From a virus (Duplodnaviria > Heunggongvirae > Uroviricota > Caudoviricetes), in the IMG/VR virus record IMGVR_UViG_2541047433_000022: 7,311 nucleotides of DNA, one strand, 5' to 3'. Below the pieces are notes generated by a model that was given only the letters and a program-made list of their open reading frames with translations, had not been told where the DNA came from and ran no database searches. Below, piece by piece: positions 6,318 through 7,311 of this stretch (position 1 is the first letter of the stretch; each line of letters begins with the position of its first letter). A program made the translations under genes and the position numbers.

Positions 6318-6976
6318 CAGTTCACCTCCTGCGGCGGTTCTGGTAGCGGCATCCAGTGTGACGGTTTCCACGACGCACCAGGAATTATCCACCCATCATT
6401 AGCGTCAGGATGCCCCGGGATGTAAGTCGCCCACTTCATTCGCCAGTCACCTTTCCTGTCAAACTCCACGGCAACAAGAACGGCTGTTTTGGTATCCGGC
6501 ATTCGCTCACTACAACTTATCCAACCATCCGGAGTTACCGGAGAGTTGCCAGACAGCGCATTCTGCAACCGTTCCAGCTTAACGTATTCCTGAACCCTGT
6601 TTCCGTCGCACGCCTGAAGCCATTGCTCAGCCTTTTGCGCATCAGTGTGAAAGGCACAAGTGCGACCGTCATCAAATTGCATTTCGTAGAGGTTAGCAAT
6701 CTGTTCAAACTGCGTGTGTGGCAACTTGTAAGTTTGGCTTACGAGTTCGGCTTCCAGTTCTGCTATGCGCTTCTCTGATGCTTCAAGTAACGCCTGCTTA
6801 TCGCGTAGCGCTTCTTCCAGTTCAGCAACATGGCATTCACTATCAATAAGGTTGTTCTCTGCTGCTCCCAGCTCAACTCTCAGCTTCCCAACCGTAAGCG
6901 CAATCTCCTCGTTCTCCTGGTCGCGGCGTTTGATGTATTGCTGGTTTCTTTCCCGTTCATCCAGCAGTTCCAGCAC
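6317..6976 (-). CDS. C-terminal part of an Ead/Ea22-like protein with a DUF551-type end (...SHWMPLPEPP), 219 aa as listed
   Basis: The listed start is a GTG. The same frame stays open upstream to 7033 and reads ...NAEFIAEANPATVLELLDE, which looks like genuine protein sequence. Coiled-coil-like heptads (AELEEALRDKQALLEASEKRIAELEAEL) precede the conserved W/P-rich C-terminus. Confidence 0.5.
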   Translation of the reverse strand: MLELLDERERNQQYIKRRDQENEEIALTVGKLRVELGAAENNLIDSECHVAELEEALRDKQALLEASEKRIAELEAELVSQTYKLPHTQFEQIANLYEMQFDDGRTCAFHTDAQKAEQWLQACDGNRVQEYVKLERLQNALSGNSPVTPDGWISCSERMPDTKTAVLVAVEFDRKGDWRMKWATYIPGHPDANDGWIIPGASWKPSHWMPLPEPPQEVN

Positions 6977-6996
6977 GGTAGCCGGGTTAGCCTCTG

Positions 6997-7215
6997 CTAT
7001 GAATTCAGCGTTGCATAAGCCTGAGCATCTGTTTCAACCAGGCAGTTAACATGACATTCTGCAATCACGCCACCGGGTTCTCCTTTCCATTTTTGGCAAA
7101 CAAAAACTCCTGTTAAATTGCCGTGCTGGTTAACAGATGTATGCCCTACGATGTAGCTTCCTTTAGTTGCTTTCTCTGCCTTTTCACGCAGTGCCTGATA
7201 GTCAATCTTGCTCAT
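6997..7215 (-). CDS. N-terminal Ead/Ea22-like segment (MSKIDYQALREKAEKATKG...), 72 aa; probably the 5' part of the downstream gene, separated by a frameshift
   Basis: ATG at 7213-7215 preceded by GGAGTGAAGAGAAAA. The listed ORF starts 8 codons earlier (7239) without a ribosome-binding site. It ends at TAG 6997-6999, one base out of frame with the 6317-7033 reading frame. Confidence 0.45.
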   Translation of the reverse strand: MSKIDYQALREKAEKATKGSYIVGHTSVNQHGNLTGVFVCQKWKGEPGGVIAECHVNCLVETDAQAYATLNS

Positions 7216-7311
7216 TTTTCTCTTCACTCCGGTATACAAGGATTACTACGCCCCCTCTGCTAATTGCGCGAGCTGGATCCCCTGGTTCCATGCCGTCAAT
7301 ACCGAAGGCTT

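Noticed and set aside
6318-6392. N-terminal 25-codon extension of the 131-aa gene (start at 6392)
   Set aside because: It would overlap the upstream gene by 76 nt. The ATG at 6317 has a perfect AGGAGGT ribosome-binding site and a TGATG coupling overlap.
5763-7049. Plus-strand ORFs 5763-6425, 6410-6778, 6765-7049 and 6830-7018
   Set aside because: Antisense to minus-strand phage genes that show strong ribosome-binding sites and stop/start coupling; the plus-strand translations are low-complexity.
1-7311. CRISPR array, tRNA or rRNA genes
   Set aside because: No regularly spaced direct repeats and no tRNA-like or rRNA-like sequence were recognised by eye.

Overview
The window reads as a piece of a lambdoid-type enterobacterial prophage interrupted by a ~4 kb low-GC insert (about 1680-5740). 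Phage genes lie on the minus strand at both ends: a DUF1367-like, a DUF1364/YbcO-like and a Q-like gene at 51-1491, and a small Cys-rich protein plus an Ead/Ea22-like DUF551 gene at 5922-7215. The insert carries three genes. A plus-strand two-gene operon encodes a MutL/MORC-type GHKL ATPase (1991-3382) and a 329-aa protein with no motif I can recognise (3382-4371). Converging on it, with a 33-bp 3' overlap, is a canonical C5-cytosine DNA methyltransferase (4339-5490, minus). I interpret the insert as a prophage-borne restriction-modification-like or anti-phage module whose ATPase-plus-partner arm matches no named system I can recall. That is a hypothesis from motifs and context only; no search was run. 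The ATPase operon has a near-consensus sigma70 promoter with a perfect 14-bp palindrome in its spacer. No rRNA, tRNA or CRISPR array was seen. G+C was hand-counted on a few 60-nt samples: 22-43% inside the insert versus 53-55% in the flanking phage genes.
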